DNA of 27,696 bases, taken from an uncultured Candidatus Rokubacteria bacterium. Lineage in GTDB: Bacteria > Methylomirabilota > Methylomirabilia > Rokubacteriales > CSP1-6. The notes beneath the pieces were generated by a model. The model was not told the origin of the DNA and made no database searches. It was given only the letters and a program-made list of their open reading frames with translations. This document shows positions 1 to 8,150 of this stretch, piece after piece (position 1 is the first letter of the stretch; each line of letters opens with the position of its first letter). The DNA lies in the NCBI GenBank assembly GCA_963789955.1, contig CAWBMV010000038.1, positions 1-27,696 on the forward strand, given 5' to 3'. Made by a program: the position numbers and the translations under genes.

Positions 1-177
1 CCGGCCCGACGTCACGGGCACGAAGCCGGCGATCATCCGCAAGGTCGTCGTCTTGCCGCACCCGCTCGGACCGAGCAGCACGACCAGCTCGCCCTGCTCG
101 ATCGCCAGCGAGAAGTCGCGAACGGCGTGGAAGTCGCCGTAGCGCTTGGAGACCGACTCGAGCTCGATGCGCGCCAT
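1..177 (-). CDS. ABC transporter ATP-binding protein, PotA/MalK-like (N-terminal part, runs off the window)
   Basis: Manual translation from ATG at 177 gives [52 protein letters not shown], with Walker [13 protein letters not shown] lies upstream. Not in the ORF track. Confidence 0.93.
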   Translation of the reverse strand, partial: MARIELESVSKRYGDFHAVRDFSLAIEQGELVVLLGPSGCGKTTTLRMIAGFVPVTSGR

Positions 178-283
178 GGGAATCAGCTCCAGTTGGGCGG
201 GAGCGGCGCCGCGTCCTGCCCTTCTCCAGCTCCCCCCACGACATTGATCAGGACCTGGAGCCCGTCCCCTCGCTGGCGGTTCA

Positions 284-1085
284 TCACAGCACCCGCGCGA
301 GCTTCACGTAGTGGTCCGTCGCGAGCATGGCCGCGCCGATCACGAGGATCTGCAGCAGCGACACCGCCGCGATGACCGGGTCGATCCGCCACTCCAGATA
401 CTGGAGGATCGCGATCGGCAGGGTCGTCCGGCCGCGGGCCGATCAGAAACAAGGTCATCTCGAGGTTGCCGAACGAGATGACGAAGCCAAAGAGCGCCGC
501 GGCGACGACGCCGGGCCGGATCAGCGGCAAGGTGACGCGCCGGAACGTCGTCCACGGGCCGGCCCCGAGATTCTGCGCCGCCTCCTCCACCGTGCGGTCG
601 AAGCCCATCAGGCTCGCGGTGACGAGCCGCACCGTCCACGGGATCGTGATGACGACGTGGGCGAGCACGAGACCCGGCAGCGAGGCGACGAGCGGCAGCC
701 GCGTGAGGATCTCCGTCTCGATCTGGAACACGTAGATCGCGGTGCCCGCCACGACACCCGGAACGACGAGCGGCGTCAGCAGCAAGAGGCCGAGGCCTTC
801 GCGTCCCGGGAACCGGTAGCGCGTCAGGCACAGGCTGGCCGGGACGCCGAGGGCGAGGCCGGCCAGCATCGCGAACACGCCGACCTCGAGGCTGGTCACG
901 AAGCCGTCGACGAAGTTGCGCTGGTCGAGGATCGCGCGGAACCAGCGCAAGGTGTAGCCGGACGGCGGGAACACCACCACCTCGTCGCGAAAGAAGCTGA
1001 GCCACGAGACGAGCACGAGCGGAAGCAGGATGAAGCCGAGCGCCAGACCGGCGGCGGTGAGGAGCGCGGCGCGGCCGACCGTCAT
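284..1085 (-). CDS. ABC transporter permease, PotC-like (one apparent +1 indel near 434)
   Basis: Hydrophobic protein starting MTVGRAALL, with EAA motif [21 protein letters not shown]. After removing one base near 434 it continues [25 protein letters not shown]...VL to TGA at 284-286. ATGA overlap with the upstream amidohydrolase. Confidence 0.9.
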
Positions 1086-2319
1086 GCGGCGGGCAGGCGA
1101 TTTCTGTACAGCGCGCCGCCCTTCATGATCAGCGAGAGATGCTCGCCCTGGCCCTGCAGCAGGGAGAGATCGCGGAGCGGATTGCCGTCCACCACCAGGA
1201 GGTCGGCGAACGCGCCCGGCGCGAGGGTCCCGAGCTCGCGCGGCAAGCCGAGCAGCTCCGCGCCGACCATCCGTCGCCGAGCGGATGATCTCGTGCGGCG
1301 AGAGCACCTGCGAGCGGATCAGGAACTCGCGCGACTGATCCGGCTGAAGCTGGCCGAGCAGGTCGCTGCCGAACGCCATGCGCACGCCGGCTTCACGCGC
1401 CAGCTCGAGCGAGCGCAGCCCCGCCGCCATCAGCGACCTTGTTCTTCTCGAGGCTGTCGGCGCCCATGCCCCAGCGGCCGCCGTGGCGCTCGATCGCGTC
1501 GTAGGCCACCAGGGTCGGCACCAGGAAGGCCCCGCGCGAGGCCATCAGCTTGGCCGTCGAGGCATCGATCAGGTTACCGTGCTCGATGACGCGCACGCCG
1601 TTCTCGACCGCGCGCGCGATCGCCTCGGCCGCGTACGCGTGGGCGCACACGTACTTCTTGAAGACCGCGGCCTCCTCGACTGCGGCGCGGATCTCGTCCG
1701 TCGTGTACTGCAGGCTCTCGAGCGGATCGTAGGGCGAGGCGACGCCGCCTGAGGCCATGATCTTGATGTGGTCCACGCCCTGACGGAGCTGCTCGCGCAC
1801 CGCGCGGCGCACCTCGTCCACGCCGTCGGCGACGCCGGCCGTGAACGCGAGTGCATTGCAGCAATGGCACGCCGATCCCGTATCGGTCCGCCGGCGCGAA
1901 TCGCTGTGTCCGCTGGTCTGGCCGATCGGCCGGCCGGCCACGAAGAGCCGCGGACCCGGCAGGTGGCCCTGCGCCACCCCCTCACGGATGCCCCAGTCGG
2001 CGCCGCCCGTGTCGCGCACGGTGGTGAACCCGCGGTCGAGCATCGCGCGCATGAGGCCGGCGCCCCGCGCGGTCATCAGGGTCAGCGGGATCGCCTCCAG
2101 CGCGCGGATGTTCACTTCGGAGAGGAAGACGTGCACGTGACTGTCGATCAGCCCGGGCATCACGGTGCGCCCGCCGGCATCGAGGGTGAGCGTGGCCGAG
2201 ACTTTGATCGGCCCGGCGGACACCTCTCGGATGCGCTCGCCTTCCACGACGACCGACGCGTTCTCGGTGAGGTTGCCCGAGGCGGGATCCAGCGCGGTCG
2301 CGTTCCGGATCAGGAGCAT
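1082..2319 (-). CDS. Metal-dependent amidohydrolase, prolidase-like subgroup (two apparent indels near 1434 and 1271)
   Basis: Starts MLLIRNA. Motifs are PGLIDSHVH (HxH), RGFTTVRDTGG, HIKIMASGG, AHAY, IEHG, FGSD and C-terminal GTLAPGAFADLLVVDGNP. These are spread over three ORF-track frames (1393-2502, 183-1430, 1082-1270). Confidence 0.92.
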
Positions 2320-2326
2320 GGCCGCA

Positions 2327-2347
2327 GGTAGGATACTCCAACCTACC
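2327..2347. promoter_or_regulatory. Candidate bidirectional -10 element overlapping an inverted repeat between divergent genes
   Basis: TAGGAT on + (2329-2334) overlaps TATCCT on - (2335-2330). Inverted repeat GGTAGG-N9-CCTACC at 2327-2332 and 2342-2347. Confidence 0.45.
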
Positions 2348-2419
2348 GGCCAGTCTTGATGGGCCCGGCGCCGCAAAGCCGACCGGCCGATCCCGGCACT
2401 TACTAGCGAGGAGGGGGCG

Positions 2420-4027
2420 ATGGACCTGGAGTCGGCGGTTCGGGCGGCAGCCGGAGGCGACCTCGACGCCTTCGCCGAGATCGTCAGGCGCTTCCAGCAC
2501 ATGGCCTTCGGCTACGCGCTGTCGTTCGTTCGCGACCTCGGGCAGGCGGAAGACATCGTCCAGGAAGCGTTCGTGGCGGCCTGGTACGCCCTGCCGACCC
2601 TCGCCGACCCTGCCGCGTTCGCCGGCTGGTTTCGCGGCATCGTGCGCCACCGCGCTCACCGGGTGCTGCGGCGCAAGCATCTCGAGGCCCTGCCGCTGAC
2701 CGAGGCCGACGCGGTGGCCGTGGACGAGCCGGCGCCCGATCGCCGGGTCGAGCGTCGCCAGGAAGTCGGCGCCGTGCTGGCGGCGATCGCCGGGCTCACG
2801 AGGCCCCTCCGCGAAGTCGTCACGCTCTACTACGTCCACGACTGCTCGCAACAGGACATCGCGACGTTCCTGGGGCTGCCGGTCACGACGGTGAACAACC
2901 GGCTGCACGCCGCGCGCGCGCAGCTCAAGCGGAGGACTCTGACCATGGTGAAAGACACGCTCGAGGCTCACCAGCTGCCCGACGACTTTGCGGCCCGGAT
3001 CGGCCGCATCGTGCGCGCGCGCGGCGGCGTCGTCGACGCACGTTTCGATCCATTGTCGCTGCCCGATCTGCTGACCGAGATCGTCGCGAGCGACGATGCC
3101 CGCCAGCGCGCGGTGACCCTGCAAGTCGTGCAGCGGCTCCCCGATGGCATCGTCCGCTGCGTTGTCACCTCGGCCGCCGAGTCGCTCGAGCCGGGCATGA
3201 CAGTGCTGAGTGCCGGCCGCCACGTTCAGACGCCGGTAAGCAAGGAATCGTTCGAGCGTAGCGTGCGGCTCCTCACCGGGCCGCCCGCGCCGCTCGGGGC
3301 ACCGGCGGAGATCCTCGAGACCGGGATCAAGGTGATCGACATCATGTGCCCCCTGGTGCGCGGAGGCACCGTCGCCATCGCGGGAGAGCTGCGCGCTGGG
3401 ACGACCGTCGTCACGGAAGAGCTGGTTCGCCGACTGAGCGGCGGGGCGGACGGCGTCTCGCTCTTCGCACTGGCTCCGTGGACACTGGTCTCGATCGCGG
3501 ACGCACTGAAGGAGGACGGCTACAGCGAAGGCACGGTGGGGCCGATCCAGACCTTCTATTTCCGCTCGGAGGAAGGTGCCTGGACGCCCGAGCGACTGGC
3601 GGGCCTGGCCGGGGTCGACGTGGTGGTCCGCCTGTCCGTCGCGCTCGCAGGTCGCGGCATCTATCCGACCGTGGATCCGCTCACCTCGCGGTCGCGATTG
3701 ATCGAATCGGGATGCCTCGATCGTGAGCATCTGGCGCTCGCGGCGCGGATTCGCACCGCGCTCCGCGCGCTCCTGGCGCCGGACGCCAGCACGCCGGCGG
3801 CCGAGCCGCTGGCGCTCGAACGCGCCGAGAAGCTCCTGCGGTTCTTCGCTCAGCCGTTCTACGTGGCCGAGCCGTACACCAAGCGTTCCGGCGTCACCGT
3901 CGGCCTCGCCGAGTCGCTCAGGGTGTGCCGCGAGATCCTCGACGGCGTGCACGACGCCGTCCCGACGAAGGCGTTCTACTTCACCGGTGGGCTCGACGCG
4001 GTCCTGACGAGCGCGGCCGCCCCATAG
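2420..4027 (+). CDS. ECF-type sigma-70 factor fused to a degenerate F1 ATP synthase beta-subunit-like C-terminal domain
   Basis: Residues ~1-172 contain sigma2 (AEDIVQEAFVAAW...FAGWFRGIVR) and sigma4 (LREVVTLYYVHDCSQQDIATFLGLPVTTVNNRLHAARAQL). Residues ~176-535 match AtpD motifs: GRIVRARGGVVDARF, LETGIKVIDIMCP, GIYPTVDPLTSRSR, RAEKLLRFFAQPFYVAE, ILDGVHDAVPTKAFYFTG. Strong RBS GAGGAGGGGG upstream. Confidence 0.88.
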   Translation: MDLESAVRAAAGGDLDAFAEIVRRFQHMAFGYALSFVRDLGQAEDIVQEAFVAAWYALPTLADPAAFAGWFRGIVRHRAHRVLRRKHLEALPLTEADAVAVDEPAPDRRVERRQEVGAVLAAIAGLTRPLREVVTLYYVHDCSQQDIATFLGLPVTTVNNRLHAARAQLKRRTLTMVKDTLEAHQLPDDFAARIGRIVRARGGVVDARFDPLSLPDLLTEIVASDDARQRAVTLQVVQRLPDGIVRCVVTSAAESLEPGMTVLSAGRHVQTPVSKESFERSVRLLTGPPAPLGAPAEILETGIKVIDIMCPLVRGGTVAIAGELRAGTTVVTEELVRRLSGGADGVSLFALAPWTLVSIADALKEDGYSEGTVGPIQTFYFRSEEGAWTPERLAGLAGVDVVVRLSVALAGRGIYPTVDPLTSRSRLIESGCLDREHLALAARIRTALRALLAPDASTPAAEPLALERAEKLLRFFAQPFYVAEPYTKRSGVTVGLAESLRVCREILDGVHDAVPTKAFYFTGGLDAVLTSAAAP

Positions 4028-4034
4028 TCATGGC

Positions 4035-4063
4035 TTGCCTCGGTGCCGTCGAGGCGGCACAAT
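4035..4063 (+). promoter_or_regulatory. Putative sigma70 promoter of the hydantoinase genes
   Basis: TTGCCT (4035-4040), 17-nt spacer, CACAAT (4058-4063), ending 10 nt before ATG 4074. An 8-bp inverted repeat cggtgccg/cggcaccg brackets the -10. Confidence 0.55.
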
Positions 4064-4073
4064 CGCGGCACCG

Positions 4074-6131
4074 ATGGCGCGCCACTGGCTCGGGATCGAT
4101 ATCGGCGGGACCTTCACCGACTTCGCCCTCTTCGACACGCAGACGGGCGAGCTGGTCGGCCTGAAGGTCCCCTCGACGCCCCACGAGTTCGCGGCCGCCG
4201 TTCGCACCGGCCTCGAGCGCCTCGCCGACGAGCACGGCGTCGACCTCCGCGAGATCGGCACCGTCGTCCACGGCACCACGATCGCCGTGAACACCTTGAT
4301 CCAGCGGACCGGCGCGCGGCTCGGCCTGCTCGTCACCGACGGGTTCCGCGACGTCCTCGAGCTCCAGCGCCTGCGGATGCCGAACCCGTTCGATCTGCAC
4401 GGCTCGCGGCCCTTGCCGCTGATTCCGCGCGCCCGTGTCGCCGAAGTCCGCGAGCGGCTGCGCGCCGACGGCACCATCGACACGCCGCTGGACGAGAGCA
4501 GCGTGCGCGCGGCGGTGCAGCATCTGACCCGCGGCGGTCAGAGTGTCGAGGGCCTGGTGATCTCGCTGCTGCACTCGTATCGGCGGCCCGAGCACGAGCA
4601 GAAGGCTCGGGCCATCGCCGAGCAGACGGCTTCCGGGGTTCCGGTGACCGCCTCCTCCGACGTCTGGCCGCAGGCGCGCGAGTACGAGCGCACCGCGCTG
4701 GCCGTCCTCGACGCGTACGTACAGCCCAAGGTGCAGCGCTACCTCGAAGGGTTCGAGCAGGCGCTCGCCGCGCGCGGGGCCCCGGCCATGCCGCACGTCA
4801 CGAAGTCGAACGGCGGCATCATGCCCGTCGCCGCCGCACGCACGCAGACGGCCGCGACGCTTCTGTCCGGGCCGGCCTCCGGCGTCATCGGCGCCGCCTA
4901 CGTCGCGAGCCGCGCCGGCCTGCCGAACATCATCACGCTCGACGTCGGCGGGACCAGCGCCGACATGGCGGTCGTCGAGAACGGACGCCCGCGCGTGAGC
5001 ACGAGCGAGCACATCGGCGGCGTGCCGGTGATGATGCCGGTCGTGGGCGTGACCGCCATCGGCGCGGGCGGCGGCTCCGTCGCGTGGGTCGACGACGTCG
5101 GGCTGCCGAAGGTCGGGCCGCAGAGCACGGGCGCCGAGCCGGGCCCCGCCTGCTACGGACGCGGGGGCAAGGACGCGACGCTCACGGACGCGTTCCTGGT
5201 CTCCGGCTTTCTCGACCCGGATCGCTTCCTCGGTGGGCGCATGCGCCTGGACCGGTCGCTGGCCGAAGCGGCCGTCGCGCGCTTCGCAGGCCGGCTGGGG
5301 ATGACACCCGACGAAGCGGCCGAGAGCATCGTGCGGGTTGCCGTGTCGAACATGTACGCGGAGTTCACCAAGATCCTGTCGCGCGCCGCCGTCGATCCCC
5401 GCGACTTCAGCCTGGTCGCCTTCGGCGGCGCCGGGCCGGTGGTCGGCGCGCTCGTCGCGCGCGAGGTCGGCATCCCCGCCGTGTTCGTCCCGCGCTCGCC
5501 GGGCACGCTCTGCGCCCTCGGCGCGCTCAGCGCCGACATCGTGAACGACGCGGTGCGGACGGTGCACACGCGCGTCGAAACGGAGCTGCGCGAAGCGTCG
5601 GTGCTCCGCCGGCAGTACGAGGATCTGCGCGCCGAGCTTTCCGAATGGCTCGCGCGTTTCGGCGCCGGCGCGGGCCCGGCCTCGTTCCGGCACGCCGCCG
5701 ACATGCGTTACGTCGGACAGTCGTACGAGATCGACGTGCCGGTCGAGCTCGGCTGGCTGGCACCGGGCGGCGGCGCGCCCCTGCTCGCCGCGTTTCATCG
5801 CGCGCACGAGCGCGCGTTCGGTCACGCCGACCGCGAGGCGCCCGCCGAGATCGTGAACCTCCGCATCCAGCTGCGCGCCGAACGCCAGCGGGTGCCGCTC
5901 GAGGAGCTGCCGGCCGGTTCGGCCGCCCCGGTCGCGCGCGCCGCGCGGAGGATCTGGCTCGACGGCCGGCCGACCGAGGCGCGGGTCTACGATCGCTCGG
6001 CGCTCGGCCGCGGCGCGCGGCTCGAGGGTCCGGCGATCGTCGAGCAGCCCGACACGACGGTGCTCGTGCCGGGCGGCCACGTCGGCGAGGTCGATCGCTT
6101 CGGGAACTTGCTGCTCCGGAGGGAAGGCTGA
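4074..6131 (+). CDS. Hydantoinase/oxoprolinase subunit A (N-methylhydantoinase A / acetone carboxylase beta-like)
   Basis: Motifs GIDIGGTFTD, VHGTT, EYERT, LLSGPASG, DVGGTS, IGAGGGS, GAEPGPACYGRGG, FGGAG, DMRYVGQSYE, GPAIVEQPDTT. Confidence 0.95.
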   Translation: MARHWLGIDIGGTFTDFALFDTQTGELVGLKVPSTPHEFAAAVRTGLERLADEHGVDLREIGTVVHGTTIAVNTLIQRTGARLGLLVTDGFRDVLELQRLRMPNPFDLHGSRPLPLIPRARVAEVRERLRADGTIDTPLDESSVRAAVQHLTRGGQSVEGLVISLLHSYRRPEHEQKARAIAEQTASGVPVTASSDVWPQAREYERTALAVLDAYVQPKVQRYLEGFEQALAARGAPAMPHVTKSNGGIMPVAAARTQTAATLLSGPASGVIGAAYVASRAGLPNIITLDVGGTSADMAVVENGRPRVSTSEHIGGVPVMMPVVGVTAIGAGGGSVAWVDDVGLPKVGPQSTGAEPGPACYGRGGKDATLTDAFLVSGFLDPDRFLGGRMRLDRSLAEAAVARFAGRLGMTPDEAAESIVRVAVSNMYAEFTKILSRAAVDPRDFSLVAFGGAGPVVGALVAREVGIPAVFVPRSPGTLCALGALSADIVNDAVRTVHTRVETELREASVLRRQYEDLRAELSEWLARFGAGAGPASFRHAADMRYVGQSYEIDVPVELGWLAPGGGAPLLAAFHRAHERAFGHADREAPAEIVNLRIQLRAERQRVPLEELPAGSAAPVARAARRIWLDGRPTEARVYDRSALGRGARLEGPAIVEQPDTTVLVPGGHVGEVDRFGNLLLRREG

Positions 6132-8122
6132 TGCGTCTGGACGCGCTCACCGTCGAGATTCTGCGGAACTACCTGCAGGGCGCCGTCGAGGAGATGGCGT
6201 ACGTCGTCGAGCGTACGGCGTACACCACGTTCGTGAAGGAGACCGCCGACTTCACCTGCGGTCTGCTGAATCCGTCCGGCGAGTTCTTCGCCTACCCGGT
6301 CGAGCTCGGCGTCGCGAGCTTCGGCGGCATCACCTACGCGGAGACCCTGGAGGCGGTGGGCCCCCTGGAACCGGGCGACGTCGTGATCACGAACGACCCG
6401 TACGGCTCGGCGGCGGCGGCGACACACCTGCCCGACATCCATCTGGTCAAGCCGATCTTCTGGGACAACCGGCTCGTTGCCTACGGCGCGGGCTTCCTGC
6501 ATAGCTCCGACGTCGGCGGCATGGTGCCGGCGTCGATCACGCCACGTGCCTCGGAGATCTTCCAGGAAGGCCTGCGGCTACCGCCCAAGAAGCTCTTCAA
6601 GCGCGGCGAGGTCAATCGCGACCTGCTCGACGTGATCCTCGCCAACTGTCGCATCCCCGAGCAGAACTGGGGCGATCTGCAGGCGCTGGTCGCCGGGCTC
6701 ACCACCGGCGAGCGGCGGATGCACGAGCTGATCCGCCGCTTCGGCCCCGACACGGTCGACAAGGCGATGGACGACCTGATCGACTACGCGACGCGCAAGG
6801 TCGAGGCGCTCATTCGCCGGATGCCGACCGGACGCTACGAGTTCTGGGACTACATCGAGGACGACGTGGTGTCGAAGATCCCGATCCGGCTGAAGGTGGC
6901 GCTGACGATCGCCGACGGCGAGATCCACCTGGACTTCACCGGCAGCGACATCCAGGTGAGCTCGGCGCTCAACGTGCCCACGGCCGGGAAGGTCCACCCG
7001 TTCATGTCCGTCGCGCTCGTCAACTACTTCGCGACGCGCGACCGGACGATCCCGCTCAACGCGGGCGTGCTGCGCCGCGTGCGCATGACCCTGCCCGAAG
7101 GCTCGGTCGTGAATCCGAAGTTCCCGGCGGCGTGCGGCGTGCGCTACGCGACCGTGCTCCGAATCTACGACGCGGTGCTCGGCGCGCTCGCTCGGGCGGT
7201 GCCCGAGGATATTCCGGCGGCCAGCGGCGGTCAGGGCTGCATGGTGGCGCTCTCGCTGCCGGACCCGGAGGCCGGACGCCGTCACGTCACCGTGATCGAG
7301 CCGATGATCGGCGGCGGCGGCGGGCGGCCGGCGCGCGACGGCGTCGACGGCTGCGACGCCTCGCTGGGATTTCTCAAGACGACGCCGGCCGAGACGCTCG
7401 AGGCGGAAGTCCCGATCGTCGTCCGACGGTTCCATCTGATCCCGGATTCCGCCGGCCCCGGCCGGTTCCGCGGCGGCTTCGGCGTGCGCCTGGACTTCCA
7501 GGTGTTCCAGCCCGAGGGCCTGGTGACTGCGCGCGGGATGGAGCGCCTGCGCTTCGCGCCCTGGGGCGTGGCCGGCGGTACCGCCGGCGCGACCGGCAGC
7601 GTGATGCTGAACCCGGACACCGCCGCCGAGAAGCCACTGCCGAAGATCGACGTGCTCGCGCTCGAGCCCGGCGACGTGCTCAGCGTCCGGACGCCGGGCG
7701 GCGGTGGTCACGGCGATCGCTTCACGCGGCCGCCGTCCCACGTACTCGCCGACGTCCTGTCCGGCCTCGTCTCGCGCGAGCGCGCGCGCGAGTCCTATGG
7801 CGTCGTCCTCGACGGCGATCGGGTCGATGAATCGGCCACGACGTCGCTACGTGCCGCCCAGCTCGAGGCCGCACCGCCACGCGCGGGCACGGGGGCCGTG
7901 TTCGATTTCGGGGCGGCGCGCCGTGAGCACGAGCGCCGCTGGCCGCCTGCGCTTCAGGACGCGTTCATCGCATTGCTGATGAGCCTGCCGGCGCCCTATC
8001 GCGCGTATGTCCGCCGCACGCTCTACGGTCGCGTCGAGGCGCTCGCCGCCGAGCGCCCGGTGACGATCGACGACCTGCATCGGCTCTTGAAAGATCTGCG
8101 CGCCTCGGTCGCGCTGAAGTGA
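6131..8122 (+). CDS. Hydantoinase B/oxoprolinase subunit B
   Basis: TGATG overlap with subunit A. Motifs EEM...RTAY, PGDVVITNDPY, THLPD, HSSDVGG, EIFQEGLRLPP, DSAGPGRFRGG, TPGGGGHG. The real start is MRLDAL at 6131, not the ORF-track start at 4043. Confidence 0.95.
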   Translation: MRLDALTVEILRNYLQGAVEEMAYVVERTAYTTFVKETADFTCGLLNPSGEFFAYPVELGVASFGGITYAETLEAVGPLEPGDVVITNDPYGSAAAATHLPDIHLVKPIFWDNRLVAYGAGFLHSSDVGGMVPASITPRASEIFQEGLRLPPKKLFKRGEVNRDLLDVILANCRIPEQNWGDLQALVAGLTTGERRMHELIRRFGPDTVDKAMDDLIDYATRKVEALIRRMPTGRYEFWDYIEDDVVSKIPIRLKVALTIADGEIHLDFTGSDIQVSSALNVPTAGKVHPFMSVALVNYFATRDRTIPLNAGVLRRVRMTLPEGSVVNPKFPAACGVRYATVLRIYDAVLGALARAVPEDIPAASGGQGCMVALSLPDPEAGRRHVTVIEPMIGGGGGRPARDGVDGCDASLGFLKTTPAETLEAEVPIVVRRFHLIPDSAGPGRFRGGFGVRLDFQVFQPEGLVTARGMERLRFAPWGVAGGTAGATGSVMLNPDTAAEKPLPKIDVLALEPGDVLSVRTPGGGGHGDRFTRPPSHVLADVLSGLVSRERARESYGVVLDGDRVDESATTSLRAAQLEAAPPRAGTGAVFDFGAARREHERRWPPALQDAFIALLMSLPAPYRAYVRRTLYGRVEALAAERPVTIDDLHRLLKDLRASVALK

Positions 8123-8150
8123 AGCCATCACTTCGGATCAGGAGAACGAC

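Noticed and set aside
183..1430. Amidohydrolase-permease fusion shown in the ORF track
   Set aside because: Produced by apparent indels near 1271 and 434. The two genes have a normal ATGA overlap at 1082-1085.
2370..2405. Autoregulatory ECF promoter (GCAAAG...CACTTA) upstream of the fusion
   Set aside because: It does not match a consensus I can support, and testing needs alignment of homologous upstream regions.
2945..4027. Bona fide atpD of an ATP synthase operon
   Set aside because: The Walker A lysine, catalytic ERTRE, Walker B region and DELSEED are missing, there are no neighbouring atp genes, and it is in frame with a sigma factor.
1982..6080. Long antisense ORFs (1982-3952, 3981-6080) and similar ones throughout the window
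   Set aside because: Expected stop-poor shadows of high-GC genes, with no recognisable motifs.
4043..6130. 1359-aa ORF suggesting a giant or fused hydantoinase
   Set aside because: The first ~696 codons are an Arg/Pro-rich off-frame shadow of subunit A. Subunit B starts at ATG 6131 in a TGATG overlap.
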